Notes: generated by a model not told the origin, from the letters alone. A stretch of DNA of 42,257 nt from a bacterium (GCA_043818835.1 JBDRFK010000008.1:1-42257); one strand, 5' to 3'. Counted from the first letter of the stretch, positions 1 through 10,170 are shown. Made by a program: numbers and translations.

Positions 1-1
1 T

Positions 2-189
2 AATGTGCTCGGGTTATCTGACGTTTTTACAAGACAAAAGTTTTACTTTTGGATTGTAAAAATGTAGCGAAGCGACAGATAACCCGTGTTTGGCGAAGTT
101 GTGGAGCGGAGCGGAACAAATTCACCAAACACGGGGCACCCGAGCACATTTGGCATAATTGCGGAGCGTAGCGGAGCAATTTTGCCAAA
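2..189. repeat. Cluster of three nested hairpins, each carrying an AGCGNAGCG motif
   Basis: Stems: 10-20/76-86 (inner stems 23-32/54-63 and 35-41/45-51), 83-135 and 149-189. Motif at 66-74, 105-113 and 165-173. Outer inverted repeat 2-14/138-150. Confidence 0.8.
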
Positions 190-370
190 CAAGTTATATC
201 CGAACTGGTTGACTTTGCTTTGTGTTTGGGCTAAAATTTGGGTGAATATTTTAAATCATAAATGGATTATGAATCAAAATTATTTTATTGTTATACATTT
301 TCATTATACTGCTTTTTTATATAATTTACAATCTTGCTTAATCATGTCCATCTATATTTTTAATTAAAAT

Positions 371-410
371 ACGAGATTGCCACGCTCCCTGCTAGTCGCT
401 CGCAATGACA
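371..410. repeat. REP-like half element, GTCATTGCGAG...GGCAATCTC subfamily
   Basis: acgagattgccacg...ctcgcaatgaca. Same terminal ATGACA tag as the other GTCA repeats in the window. Confidence 0.7.
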
Positions 411-420
411 AAAAAAACTC

Positions 421-471
421 AAAACCGCATATTTAAGCGAAAATAAACGGCTCATATGAGCCGTTTATTTT
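421..471. terminator. Bidirectional terminator hairpin, near-identical copy at 31272-31325
   Basis: aaaataaacggctca-ta-tgagccgtttatttt, preceded by gcatatttaagc. Confidence 0.75.
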
Positions 472-491
472 GATTGCTTTTTTAATAATCA

Positions 492-761
492 TTAAAAAGG
501 CAAATCTTCAATTTTTAATTCTTTACTATCTTCTTCAATCACTTCTTCAATATCGTCTTCTTCCAAAGCCTTTAGCTCATCAATATCACGATTTACTTTC
601 TCAATATTTTCATTGGATGCAGATACATCTTCTCTCTGTGTTGCATTTGCGCTATTAACTTTTCTCAATTCCACCACCAAGTAACTATCTTTGTCTTCAT
701 CCATTAAAATACACTTCCCTCCTTCTTTTTTTAATATCGCTTTTATATTATCTAATGTCAT
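492..761 (-). CDS. Small hypothetical protein with acidic C-terminal tail ending IEDLPF
   Basis: 89-aa ORF downstream of fusA, followed by a terminator hairpin. Confidence 0.8.
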   Translation of the reverse strand: MTLDNIKAILKKEGGKCILMDEDKDSYLVVELRKVNSANATQREDVSASNENIEKVNRDIDELKALEEDDIEEVIEEDSKELKIEDLPF

Positions 762-803
762 ATTTATGCTTTCTTATGAATATTAAAACTGCTTATGTGT
801 ATT

Positions 804-831
804 TGTCATTCCCGTGAAAACAGGAATGACA
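804..831. repeat. REP-like palindrome, GTCATTCCCG subfamily (short form)
   Basis: tgtcattcccgtgaaaacaggaatgaca. Confidence 0.8.
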
Positions 832-856
832 CTGAGAATAGTTCTAATATTCACCT

Positions 857-2980
857 TTATGATTTTTTATTTATAATTTCTTCTGCTAAATTCTTGGTTA
901 ATTCTTCGTAGTTAGAAAATTCCATACTGAAGTTTCCTCTGCCTTGCGTCATAGATCTCAATTGAGTTGCATAACCAAACATATTTGCTAAAGGAACCTT
1001 AGCGTTAATAACCTTAACCTTGCTTGGACCTTCTCCTCTATCATCCATACTTTCAATCCGACCACGTTTAGCATTAAGGTCACCGATAACATCACCCATA
1101 TATTGTTCTGGAACAACAGTTTCCATTTTCATTGTTGGTTCTAACAAAACCAATCCAGCGCGTTTAGCCGCTTCTTGGAAAGCAATAGAGCCAGCAATTT
1201 TGAAGGCTGCTTCAGAAGAGTCAACATCATGGAAAGAACCATCATAAAGAGTTACTTTAACATCAACCAAAGGATAACCAGCTAAGACACCTCTATCTGT
1301 TGCCTCGCGAACACCCTTTCCAATAGCAGGAATATATTCATTAGGAATGACTCCACCCTTAATTTCATTGACAAATTCAAAACCAGCGCCAGATTCTTGA
1401 GGTTCAACCCTCAACCAAACGTGCCCATATTGACCACGACCGCCAGTCTGACGAACATATTTACCTTCAGCCTCGGCAGTATTTTTTATAGTTTCTTTAT
1501 AAGCTACTTGTGGTTGACCAATATTAGCTCCCACCTTAAACTCTCTTAACATTCTATCAACAATAACTTCCAAATGTAGTTCACCCATACCAGCAATAAT
1601 AGTCTGTCCTGTTTCTTCATCACCACTCACTCTGAAGGTTGGGTCTTCTTCAGCCAACCTATGCAAAGCGATGCCCATCTTTTCTTGGTCTGCTTTTGTT
1701 TTTGGCTCAATAGCAATAGAAATAACCGGTTCTGGAAAAGAAATCTTTTCTAAAATAACCGGATTGGTAACATCGGCAATAGTGTCACCGGTAGTAGTTG
1801 CTTTTAAACCGATCACTGCGGCGATATCACCAGCATAAACTTCTTTTACTTCTTCGCGTTGGTTAGAATGCATTCTTAGTAAACGACCAATTCTCTCTTT
1901 ATTGCCCGTACTCGCATTCAACACATAAGAACCACTTTCTAAAACACCAGAATATACACGCGCATAAGCCAGCTGCCCAACGAATGGATCTGTGGCTAAT
2001 TTGAAAACCAAAGCAGATAATGGCTCAGCATCGTCACTTTGTCGTGTAATTTTCTTAGACTCATCTTTAACATCAAAACCTTCAATTGCCGGTAAATCAA
2101 CTGGTGAAGGTAGGTAATCAACAACCGCATCAAGCATAAGCTGAACACCCTTATTTTTTAGCGCTGACCCACAAAAAACTGGAATAATTTTGTATCCAAT
2201 AGTAGCTACGCGAATAACTTTTTTCAATTCTTCTTCTGTAATTTCATCGCCACTTAAATATTTTTCCATTAAAACATCATCTTGCTCAACAACTTTTTCA
2301 ATCATTTTGCCACGATATTCTTCGCTTATCTTTTTCATATCATCTGGAATATCCTCAACAATAATTTGCTCACCGAATTTACCATCAAACTTGCAAGCCT
2401 TCATAGTTAATAGATCAACGACACCAGCAAGATTTTCTTCAGAACCAATTGGTAATTGCATCGCCACTGCATGAGGCGTCAATCTTTCCCAAATAGAACG
2501 CAAACTTTTTTCAAAATTAGCGCCCATTCTGTCTAATTTATTTATAAAACAAATACGCGGAACATTATATTTATCCGCCTGTCGCCAAACCGTTTCTGAC
2601 TGAGATTCAACACCAGCCACACCATCAAAAACAACAACAGCTCCATCTAAGACACGCAAAGAACGTTGCACTTCAACAGTAAAATCAATATGACCAGGTG
2701 TATCAATAATATTGATTCTATGATTATCTTCCTTGGAGTCAGTAGATAAATATTGTCGCGGAGTCCAAAAACAAGTTGTTGCTGCAGAAGTGATAGTAAT
2801 ACCACGTTCTCTTTCTTGCTCCATCCAGTCCATTACTGCCTCGCCTTCATGAACTTCTCCAATCTTATGAGAAATACCAGTATAAAAAAGCACTCGTTCG
2901 CTAACGGTTGTTTTCCCGGCATCAATATGAGCAATGATACCTATATCTCTAACCTTATCAATTGAAAATTGTCTTGGCAT
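857..2980 (-). CDS. fusA: Elongation factor G
   Basis: [19 protein letters not shown] and NKLD GTPase motifs; 707 aa; follows rpsL-rpsG. Confidence 0.99.
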   Translation of the reverse strand: MPRQFSIDKVRDIGIIAHIDAGKTTVSERVLFYTGISHKIGEVHEGEAVMDWMEQERERGITITSAATTCFWTPRQYLSTDSKEDNHRINIIDTPGHIDFTVEVQRSLRVLDGAVVVFDGVAGVESQSETVWRQADKYNVPRICFINKLDRMGANFEKSLRSIWERLTPHAVAMQLPIGSEENLAGVVDLLTMKACKFDGKFGEQIIVEDIPDDMKKISEEYRGKMIEKVVEQDDVLMEKYLSGDEITEEELKKVIRVATIGYKIIPVFCGSALKNKGVQLMLDAVVDYLPSPVDLPAIEGFDVKDESKKITRQSDDAEPLSALVFKLATDPFVGQLAYARVYSGVLESGSYVLNASTGNKERIGRLLRMHSNQREEVKEVYAGDIAAVIGLKATTTGDTIADVTNPVILEKISFPEPVISIAIEPKTKADQEKMGIALHRLAEEDPTFRVSGDEETGQTIIAGMGELHLEVIVDRMLREFKVGANIGQPQVAYKETIKNTAEAEGKYVRQTGGRGQYGHVWLRVEPQESGAGFEFVNEIKGGVIPNEYIPAIGKGVREATDRGVLAGYPLVDVKVTLYDGSFHDVDSSEAAFKIAGSIAFQEAAKRAGLVLLEPTMKMETVVPEQYMGDVIGDLNAKRGRIESMDDRGEGPSKVKVINAKVPLANMFGYATQLRSMTQGRGNFSMEFSNYEELTKNLAEEIINKKS

Positions 2981-3042
2981 ATATAAATTTTAGCAGTTAA
3001 AAAAACCTAATCCCGATATTTATCTAAATTCGGAACAAATTC

Positions 3043-3513
3043 TTATCTCGCAAAATGAGCAAAGGCCTTATTGGCTTCTGCCATTCGGTGTGTATCTTCT
3101 TTTTTCTTAATCGCCGCGCCCTCGTTTTTGGAAGCTTCAATAAATTCAATTGCTAATTTTTCAGCCATAGATTTACCCTTTCTCTTGCGCGCTGATTGTA
3201 TAAGCCATCTACTAGCCAATGTAAAACGTCTTTCTCCACGAACTTCTTGAGGCACCTGATAATGCGCTCCGCCAATCCGACGAGATTTAACTTCCACCGC
3301 AGGAGATACATTTCTTATAGCTTGATCAAAAATATCCAAAGCATCTGATCCTTTAGCAGTTTTGTTAATAACATCAAAAGATCCGTAAAGCGCCTGCTGC
3401 GCTACGGTTTTTTTGCCATCATACATTAAATAGTTTGTAAATTTGGCAATAATAGTACTGTTGTACTTATAATCTGGTTTTATATCTTTTTTATATTTTC
3501 TTTTTCTACGCAT
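3043..3513 (-). CDS. rpsG: 30S ribosomal protein S7
   Basis: EVKSRRIGGAHYQVP and HRMAEANKAFAHF motifs. Confidence 0.99.
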   Translation of the reverse strand: MRRKRKYKKDIKPDYKYNSTIIAKFTNYLMYDGKKTVAQQALYGSFDVINKTAKGSDALDIFDQAIRNVSPAVEVKSRRIGGAHYQVPQEVRGERRFTLASRWLIQSARKRKGKSMAEKLAIEFIEASKNEGAAIKKKEDTHRMAEANKAFAHFAR

Positions 3514-3524
3514 ATTAATTAAAA

Positions 3525-3968
3525 TTAAGCAGTTGCTTCAGCAGAAGGATTGCTTTCATTTTTTATTTTTTTAGCGCCATATAAGCTGCGTCCTTTTTTG
3601 CGACCATCAACGCCACTGGCATCTAAGACTCCTCTAATAATATGATAACGCACACCAGGCAAGTCCTTAACTCGTCCTCCACGAATTACGACCACTGAAT
3701 GCTCTTGTAGATTATGACCAATTCCTGGAATATATGCTGTTACTTCCATACCATTAGTTAAACGAACACGAGCAACCTTACGTAAAGCAGAGTTAGGTTT
3801 TTTAGGTGTAATAGTATAAATTTTAGTACACACTCCCCGCTTGAAGGGAGAAAATGTTCTAATTGGCTTATTTTTAAGCGAATTAAAACTACGCCACATT
3901 GCTGGAGCTTTTGATTTCTTTTTTGCGATTTTTCTATTATTCTTTACTAGTTGTTGAATTGTCGGCAT
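3525..3968 (-). CDS. rpsL: 30S ribosomal protein S12
   Basis: [11 protein letters not shown] and [12 protein letters not shown] motifs. Start placed at MPTIQQLV (3968) rather than 3983. Confidence 0.99.
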   Translation of the reverse strand: MPTIQQLVKNNRKIAKKKSKAPAMWRSFNSLKNKPIRTFSPFKRGVCTKIYTITPKKPNSALRKVARVRLTNGMEVTAYIPGIGHNLQEHSVVVIRGGRVKDLPGVRYHIIRGVLDASGVDGRKKGRSLYGAKKIKNESNPSAEATA

Positions 3969-4203
3969 ATACAAATTTATCATCCCGAAATAGTTCTTGA
4001 AAAAAAATATATTCGGAATCGGAATAAAATATCTACCTAAGTAAATTAGCAGATAAGAAAATAAAAGTCAATAAATAAAAATTGAAGAGACGAGATTTTA
4101 CATCCTATCTCTAAACAAAGAAATTAAGATACGCTTCTTTACTTCAAAAGAAATGACTTGCATACATATTAACACCTTTGCGCATAAAATCAATAGAAAA
4201 GCC

Positions 4204-4234
4204 ATAACCCTCAAGCATTCTGCTTGAGGGTTAT
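4204..4234. terminator. Hairpin terminator after the 230-aa gene
   Basis: ataaccctcaagca-ttc-tgcttgagggttat, 14-bp stem. Confidence 0.75.
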
Positions 4235-4255
4235 TTATTAAAATCAACTTTTCTT

Positions 4256-4948
4256 TTAGGGAAACAACATTACAATACCGGCACCAAAGACCTCGTCTTC
4301 TATATAATAAACCGGAGTCAATGTTCCCCATATAGTTTCTAAATCAAAACTTAATTGGATCTTTTCAATTTCATCGGTATTGTGAGCAATTTCTAGCTTG
4401 ACATTCCCTAGGATTAGATCTACTCCAAAATCCCACAAGCCATCCGTCTCGTAAGACACAAAAGAAGTGATTATATCACACCACTTGTGTCTAGTCGCAA
4501 TAGTCACATTATTGTCTTGAAATGATCTACTCATCCCTAAGCCGAATTTATCCGTATGGAAATCAATACTCAACTCGTGCGTTGTGATATCATTAGTAAT
4601 AATCTCCCCAGCAGGAGAAACGCCAATATCATTTTCTTCCCTGACAAGAAAGCTGACATCAACAATCGGACCGATTGATTTAGATCCAGTTAATCCAAAA
4701 CTCCCCAATTTATCAGTTTCATTAGTTTCATCAATCTCTTCACTGTAAAAAGACAATGAAGTTCCGTGGTTAAGAGATATATTCACAAAAAAAGATTTAA
4801 CTTTCTCTTCGTCATAATCCATTCTTAATAGATTTTTCTCAATCAGACGCGGTACCGCATCTACCCTATTTTTAGCGTAAGTCTTGACTGTCATAAATAA
4901 AGACATAATAACCACTAATAATAATACCAAATTATCTCTTTTCTGCAT
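4256..4948 (-). CDS. Secreted, beta-strand-rich hypothetical protein (beta-barrel-like)
   Basis: Signal peptide ending TYA, short alternating hydrophobic strands, SD AAGGAG upstream. Confidence 0.8.
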   Translation of the reverse strand: MQKRDNLVLLLVVIMSLFMTVKTYAKNRVDAVPRLIEKNLLRMDYDEEKVKSFFVNISLNHGTSLSFYSEEIDETNETDKLGSFGLTGSKSIGPIVDVSFLVREENDIGVSPAGEIITNDITTHELSIDFHTDKFGLGMSRSFQDNNVTIATRHKWCDIITSFVSYETDGLWDFGVDLILGNVKLEIAHNTDEIEKIQLSFDLETIWGTLTPVYYIEDEVFGAGIVMLFP

Positions 4949-5061
4949 CTTTGGTCTCCTTTCACAGAATTAAGATGTTAATAAAAAGAACTTCTCCTTA
5001 ACTTCTTCCTCTCCCTATTTAATTAGCCAATTCTTACATATTAAACATTAAATGTCAACGT

Positions 5062-5095
5062 AAAGAGGGTGACCGTCTTAGGCGATCACCCCTTT
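5062..5095. terminator. Hairpin terminator after yjbQ
   Basis: aaagagggtgaccgtct...ggcgatcacccctt, imperfect stem directly after the stop. Confidence 0.65.
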
Positions 5096-5097
5096 GT

Positions 5098-5523
5098 TTA
5101 CCTGCTTGTAATTCTTATGTCCACTTTCCTTATTCGAGGACCATCAAACTCCATTAAAAATATTTGCTGATATCTACCAAGTTTAAGTTCATGATTATCA
5201 AGAGGGACTATAACACTATTGCCTATAATCATCGCTTTAATATGCGCAGAAGAATTCGTCGTGCCATCAGGATGTTGATGATGATAAAAAGTTGGTCCGT
5301 CCTTACTAATACCAGAATGCACCTTGCTATCTAACCAATTCTTAACATCTTTTTTTAACCCTTTCTCGTCTTCCATAATCGCTATAGCACAAGTAGTATG
5401 TTCAACGTAAACCGTCACAGCACCTTGCATAAAACCCTTTTTTCTAATTATTTTTTTAATTCTTTCCGTTATATTCCTAAATTCAACTTTTCCCTTAGTT
5501 CTAAATCCAGTCTGCACAACCAA
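5098..5523 (-). CDS. yjbQ: YjbQ/UPF0047 family protein
   Basis: HTTCAI..E, NSSAHIKA and LGRYQQIFLMEFDGPR motifs. By SD spacing the real start may be GTG at 5517. Confidence 0.92.
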   Translation of the reverse strand: MVVQTGFRTKGKVEFRNITERIKKIIRKKGFMQGAVTVYVEHTTCAIAIMEDEKGLKKDVKNWLDSKVHSGISKDGPTFYHHQHPDGTTNSSAHIKAMIIGNSVIVPLDNHELKLGRYQQIFLMEFDGPRIRKVDIRITSR

Positions 5524-5691
5524 TCCTCCTTATTTTTTAGGTTCCCAATCATTAATTGTTATCCTACCAGTTTTTTGACTGGCAGTAACTGTTAATTTTT
5601 GCCCCTCCTTCCATTTTATATTTTTTATCATTTATGTCAATCTCTGCATAGTCTATGTATAGATTAGATGTTGTTTTAAGTTTTTATTTTG

Positions 5692-5763
5692 GGTGGCTAA
5701 AGGGAATCGGACCCTTGTAACTGCCTCCACAGGGCAGCGCTCTGCCATTGAGCTATAGCCACC
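5692..5763 (-). tRNA. tRNA-His (GUG) with encoded G-1
   Basis: Cloverleaf GTGGCTA/TAGCCAC, anticodon loop CT-GTG-GA, G-1:C73 pair, T loop TCCGATT. Confidence 0.93.
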
Positions 5764-5832
5764 ATAATGACGCCCCGTTATTCAACGGGACATAGTTTTT
5801 ATTACTAAATTAAAATTTGGATAAAAACTATG

Positions 5833-5905
5833 TGCGCCTGGTTGGAATCGAACCAACGACCTAATGCTTAGAAGGCATCCGCTCTATCCCCTGAGCTACA
5901 GGCGC
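5833..5905 (-). tRNA. tRNA-Arg (UCU)
   Basis: GCGCCTG/CAGGCGC acceptor stem, loop CT-TCT-AA, GGTTCGATTCC. Confidence 0.96.
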
Positions 5906-5953
5906 ATATATATTTTATACTATATTAATAGTAAAAAATCAATTATAATTGTT

Positions 5954-5982
5954 AAGGCCTCGGATATTTTGTCCGAGGCCTT
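5954..5982. terminator. Hairpin terminator after the activase gene
   Basis: aaggcctcggata-ttt-tgtccgaggcctt. Confidence 0.75.
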
Positions 5983-5997
5983 TTATTAATTAACTCC

Positions 5998-8900
5998 CTA
6001 ATTTGAATGTACTTGATACGCAAAAGCATCAAGCACGTCTAAATCCAGAGGACCGCCATCAACATAAATTGACAATCCGGGAATATCACAGCCAGATAAC
6101 TGACATTCAGAAGCTCTTCCAGGCATACAACCAACAGGCGCTAAAGAGATATAAGGCCTCTTGTGTAACAGAACAGAACCAACCGTCAAAATAGCTTCTC
6201 CATGAGGAGTCTCCCCTATATAGGGAAGTCCTGCTTGAACAATATGTTTAATAGGATATTCTGGATGCCAACCAAATTGAGTAGCACAGACTTTATGTAA
6301 ACTGTTACTAATTATATTTCGTGCGAATTTTGCTACTCGAGATTCCTTAGCAACATACGAGGTATAATTCATCCATTCGCTTACATAAGCAAGATTCGCC
6401 CGCAAGCCACGTTGTTCCATCTCACGAATAATATATCCATTCAACCATGGTTCGCTACGAACATAAATCTCACCAACAACAGAAACATCAATAATCGCTT
6501 TCTTTTTGTCTGGATTAATAGTGAATGACTTAAACCCATTAACAGCGTTCTTTAGAAACAATAAAAGTCCCCACGATCCCAAGATATTCCATATATTATC
6601 GCCATGATTCCCTTGAGCCAAAAGTTGCTCAGCAGCGGTTAAGCATTTTTGATACCATTCATCAACCGCATTATGATCATCTACAATCGGGCGAATATAA
6701 TGCAACATCCGAGTCAATAAATCATTTACACAAATTGCTGACCATAATTTCAACCTCAAAAGCTTATCTAATCCATTTTGATAACCAGAAGAAGAGTTCA
6801 GAGAATAAATACCAACATTGTTGTAGCCTTCTTTATTTAAAACTATTTGCATCAACTGTTGATAAGCACCAAATCGACATGGTCCATTTGTTCCTGGAAG
6901 AAAAACGTTTACAGCCACATCTTCAGACTGATCTTGTAAATATTTCAACACACTTCCAATCACCGCCATACAAGGCGCGCATTCTTTGCCTGTGCAATGT
7001 TGTCTTCCTAAAGCAAAAGTCCCAGCATCAATCAGTGGTAAAGCTTCAGCGCTAATACCACGTGAATTAAAAACTGCTGCTAATAATCTATTTCCCTCAC
7101 TCATTGGAGATAAAATAAGATGCGCTCTTTGAAACGAACTGCTTTTCCGAACAAGAAAATTAACATCAGGATTTATAAACTTATTTCCATAATATTCCCT
7201 AATCATTATCGCTGTTGCCTCTACTCTCGTTTTATATCCCGCGCTACCAACCAGACCGTCAACTTGATAATTAGAGAACAAATAACCTGTCATTAACTTT
7301 TGTAAGAAATGCTCAACAAAAGAATCAGGACCGCACGCGAAACAGGAAAGCCAAACAGGATAAATTGATAAATCAGATTTACTTACAGCTACTGCTGCAC
7401 GTAAATTTAATTGTGCTTCACCCCAATATAAATCGAGGAGTGGAGCTTTGTCTAAAATATCTTTCGGTAAACAATCTATCGGCAAAGCGATAGTACCAGC
7501 CCGCTGAAATTCTTCAGAAATACCACTATTCATAATAGGTTCATACAAGATGTATGATCTACCCAACAAAAGTGCTATTGGCACCTTATGTAAGATACTA
7601 TAAGCAATAGCGTTCTTGCCAATTTCCTGACATTGCTCTTCAAATTCATTTTGAGCTGTACACGCTACAGTTAAAGCCGATTCAATCTGAGCTTTATCTA
7701 ACCCGGGTATAATTTGGCGTAAAGATTTTAATAGTTCGCCAATATTGCCCGGATTATCAAGACCCTTATCAAACTGTAGAATTGGATTAAGAACCGGACC
7801 ATTATTAACATTGCTAATCATATTTGGCAATGTTTGCGCCATTGGACATGTAACTTTGTCTCCGAGAGCATCAACAAATAATGATCCAATCTTAGGCAGA
7901 AAAACAGCATCAAGATTTGAATAATCCAACCCATGCACCAATTTAATTGGCGCACATAATTCCGAAGATCTGCATAAATTATTCCCTTTTTCCAAAGTTG
8001 TTTGATTAGGTTTTAATAAAATCACATCAAAACCTAAATATCCCAACAATTTTACAAAGAAAATTGCATATCTTGTCATTGATAAAGAATAAGGCACACC
8101 AATCATCTTAAAACCGAGACTATATGAATTAGAAATAAATTTAGAAAAAACTTTCTCTCTTTCCTTATATGGATTAGGCGCATCAATCGGCAACTTGTTA
8201 CCTTGCGAACTACCTTCATACTTCGGACACAACCCATTACTAACAACAGTAATTTTTTTACCTTTTGCTTCTATAATCGTTTTTTCTAAATTGCATTTAC
8301 CACCACACTTAGCGTCTTGACACAAAGTTGATTTTTTGGAAATAATTCCTGCATCAAGAAAATACTTAATGTCGAAAAAATCTTTAGCTTCTAATAATTT
8401 ACTTTTATGAGCATTAATTATTCTAATTGCTGCTCCACGTGCCCCGGCCATCCCGGGATTTACTGGAACAATAACATCTCTACCAGTAACTGCGGCAAAA
8501 GCAGTAGGTAATGCTTCAAGAACAGCCGGCGTTCCTTGTAAAACAATATCTCCAACAATCTCTCGTCCAGCCACAACAGCACGCACAAAATTTTGTACTA
8601 CTGCATAATATGCGCCAGCGAATATATCTGCTAATTCGGCTCCATTTTTATGCGCCAACAAGGCGTTGCCAAGAAAAAATACCGTACATCTCTCTCCGAA
8701 ATCTAATGGATTCGTAGCGGTTAAGGCCATTTTCCCAAATTCATCTAAGTCAATATCTTTTTTACTAAATTGTCTTAACAACTCTTCTAAAAAAGAACCT
8801 GTACCGGCCGAACAAACCAAATTCAATGCTTGATCAACTAATATACCGCCAACAACCTTACCATATTTACTATCCTGCCCTCCGAGGTCAAACATAGTAA

Positions 8901-10170
8901 AAATTTCTCTACCCATAGCAGAATAAGCAGCAGTTATATGCGCGATGACTTCATTTTCCACAAATATATTATTTTTTAAATGTGGAAAAATTGCGCGCGC
9001 CACCCGCTCTGCAGAATATCTCCCAGAGCCAGTAAAAACTAATGCCACAATGCTATTGCTAATAGATTTGCTTATGATATCTCTAACTATCTTTTTTACA
9101 GCACCAATTGGATCGCCACCCGTATTCTCATATCGTGAATATGTTATAGATCCTGTTTTGATATCCTGAAGAATAGCTTTTGTCCCCGTAGATCCTAAAT
9201 CAATAGATAAAATAATATCTGCAACATGCAAACAATCACTAATTTGACTTCCTTGACAATAAGTAATCTTATCTAAATAGCAAGACAAGGGTCTCAATTT
9301 AGGCTTATCTATTTCCTGGATTTGTCGATTTGATCGAAATACAGATAAATAATGACTATCTACGTTTTTTGCAGCTACCAATGCTGCGCCACAAGCTTCA
9401 AATAAGAATCCGCCATTCACTATTTCAGCATGCTCTATATTCATACATGACAAAATAGAATTACGAATGATATCAATATGAGCTACACCCCCACCGAACA
9501 AAAATAACCCATTAACTATATTCTTTTTTGTCCAACCGCCGATATAACAACCAACACATCGTAGAAAAGCTAAGATGACTTCTTCTTTTGGCATCCCTTC
9601 ATTACTCAAATGAACTCTATCGCTTTTAGACATTACTGGACAACGAGTATTAATTACTACATCAGTTTGAACGTTTTTTACCAATTCCCCGACATTTATC
9701 ATATCCAAACCATAAGGCGACAAAAACATTTCTATCCCCTGTCCTGTTCCACTGGAACAACGAGTATTACGATAAAAAGAAAATTTACCATCTTTTCTTG
9801 TGGCCAACATATAACTGCTCATACCTAAATTTAGATAATTCAGATCACCCTCAGGATATTTGTCGTTCAACGCTTCAACACAAGCATTATTTAAAACAAT
9901 ATCCATTAATTTACTTGATGAACAAATCTTATTCCTACACAGCAAACTAATTAATTTTTGACGCATTACCCCAGTCACAACAATCTTATCGCTCCCTGTA
10001 ACATCAGCATGTTGTTTGATAAAATCCAACGCTATTTGTATATTACCATCATAAAATAGCTTATCGCACGATATTATAAATAAAGATTTAAGAATATCGC
10101 CCGCCAATATTACAAACGCAACCTTCTTTACCCCAATATCAATACCTAAAAATTTCTTTATTTTTTCCAC
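5998..10170 (-). CDS. Acyl-CoA dehydratase activase fusion (two BadF/BadG/BcrA/BcrD ATPase domains plus DUF2229/HgdAB-like domains)
   Basis: GIDIG, RCSSGTG, TRCPV; IDLGSTGTK, TGSGR, DLGGQDSK, VCSAGTGSFLEE, ERCTVF; ELCAPIK, CFACGPDS, GPCRFGAY, VGEIYVR, GCMP. GTG start with SD AAGGAG. Confidence 0.92.
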   Translation of the reverse strand: MEKIKKFLGIDIGVKKVAFVILAGDILKSLFIISCDKLFYDGNIQIALDFIKQHADVTGSDKIVVTGVMRQKLISLLCRNKICSSSKLMDIVLNNACVEALNDKYPEGDLNYLNLGMSSYMLATRKDGKFSFYRNTRCSSGTGQGIEMFLSPYGLDMINVGELVKNVQTDVVINTRCPVMSKSDRVHLSNEGMPKEEVILAFLRCVGCYIGGWTKKNIVNGLFLFGGGVAHIDIIRNSILSCMNIEHAEIVNGGFLFEACGAALVAAKNVDSHYLSVFRSNRQIQEIDKPKLRPLSCYLDKITYCQGSQISDCLHVADIILSIDLGSTGTKAILQDIKTGSITYSRYENTGGDPIGAVKKIVRDIISKSISNSIVALVFTGSGRYSAERVARAIFPHLKNNIFVENEVIAHITAAYSAMGREIFTMFDLGGQDSKYGKVVGGILVDQALNLVCSAGTGSFLEELLRQFSKKDIDLDEFGKMALTATNPLDFGERCTVFFLGNALLAHKNGAELADIFAGAYYAVVQNFVRAVVAGREIVGDIVLQGTPAVLEALPTAFAAVTGRDVIVPVNPGMAGARGAAIRIINAHKSKLLEAKDFFDIKYFLDAGIISKKSTLCQDAKCGGKCNLEKTIIEAKGKKITVVSNGLCPKYEGSSQGNKLPIDAPNPYKEREKVFSKFISNSYSLGFKMIGVPYSLSMTRYAIFFVKLLGYLGFDVILLKPNQTTLEKGNNLCRSSELCAPIKLVHGLDYSNLDAVFLPKIGSLFVDALGDKVTCPMAQTLPNMISNVNNGPVLNPILQFDKGLDNPGNIGELLKSLRQIIPGLDKAQIESALTVACTAQNEFEEQCQEIGKNAIAYSILHKVPIALLLGRSYILYEPIMNSGISEEFQRAGTIALPIDCLPKDILDKAPLLDLYWGEAQLNLRAAVAVSKSDLSIYPVWLSCFACGPDSFVEHFLQKLMTGYLFSNYQVDGLVGSAGYKTRVEATAIMIREYYGNKFINPDVNFLVRKSSSFQRAHLILSPMSEGNRLLAAVFNSRGISAEALPLIDAGTFALGRQHCTGKECAPCMAVIGSVLKYLQDQSEDVAVNVFLPGTNGPCRFGAYQQLMQIVLNKEGYNNVGIYSLNSSSGYQNGLDKLLRLKLWSAICVNDLLTRMLHYIRPIVDDHNAVDEWYQKCLTAAEQLLAQGNHGDNIWNILGSWGLLLFLKNAVNGFKSFTINPDKKKAIIDVSVVGEIYVRSEPWLNGYIIREMEQRGLRANLAYVSEWMNYTSYVAKESRVAKFARNIISNSLHKVCATQFGWHPEYPIKHIVQAGLPYIGETPHGEAILTVGSVLLHKRPYISLAPVGCMPGRASECQLSGCDIPGLSIYVDGGPLDLDVLDAFAYQVHSN

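Noticed and set aside
86-367. 93-aa plus-strand ORF
   Set aside because: It translates the hairpin repeat cluster (ERSG repeats) and AT-rich DNA; no protein-like features.
3005-4025. Weak ATCCCGA...TCGGA hairpins in str-operon spacers as an S7 autoregulatory RNA
   Set aside because: Stems are short and degenerate and not located between rpsL and rpsG; cannot be supported.
5692-10170. Integrative element or prophage at the tRNA pair
   Set aside because: No integrase, no duplicated tRNA 3' end and no phage genes seen.
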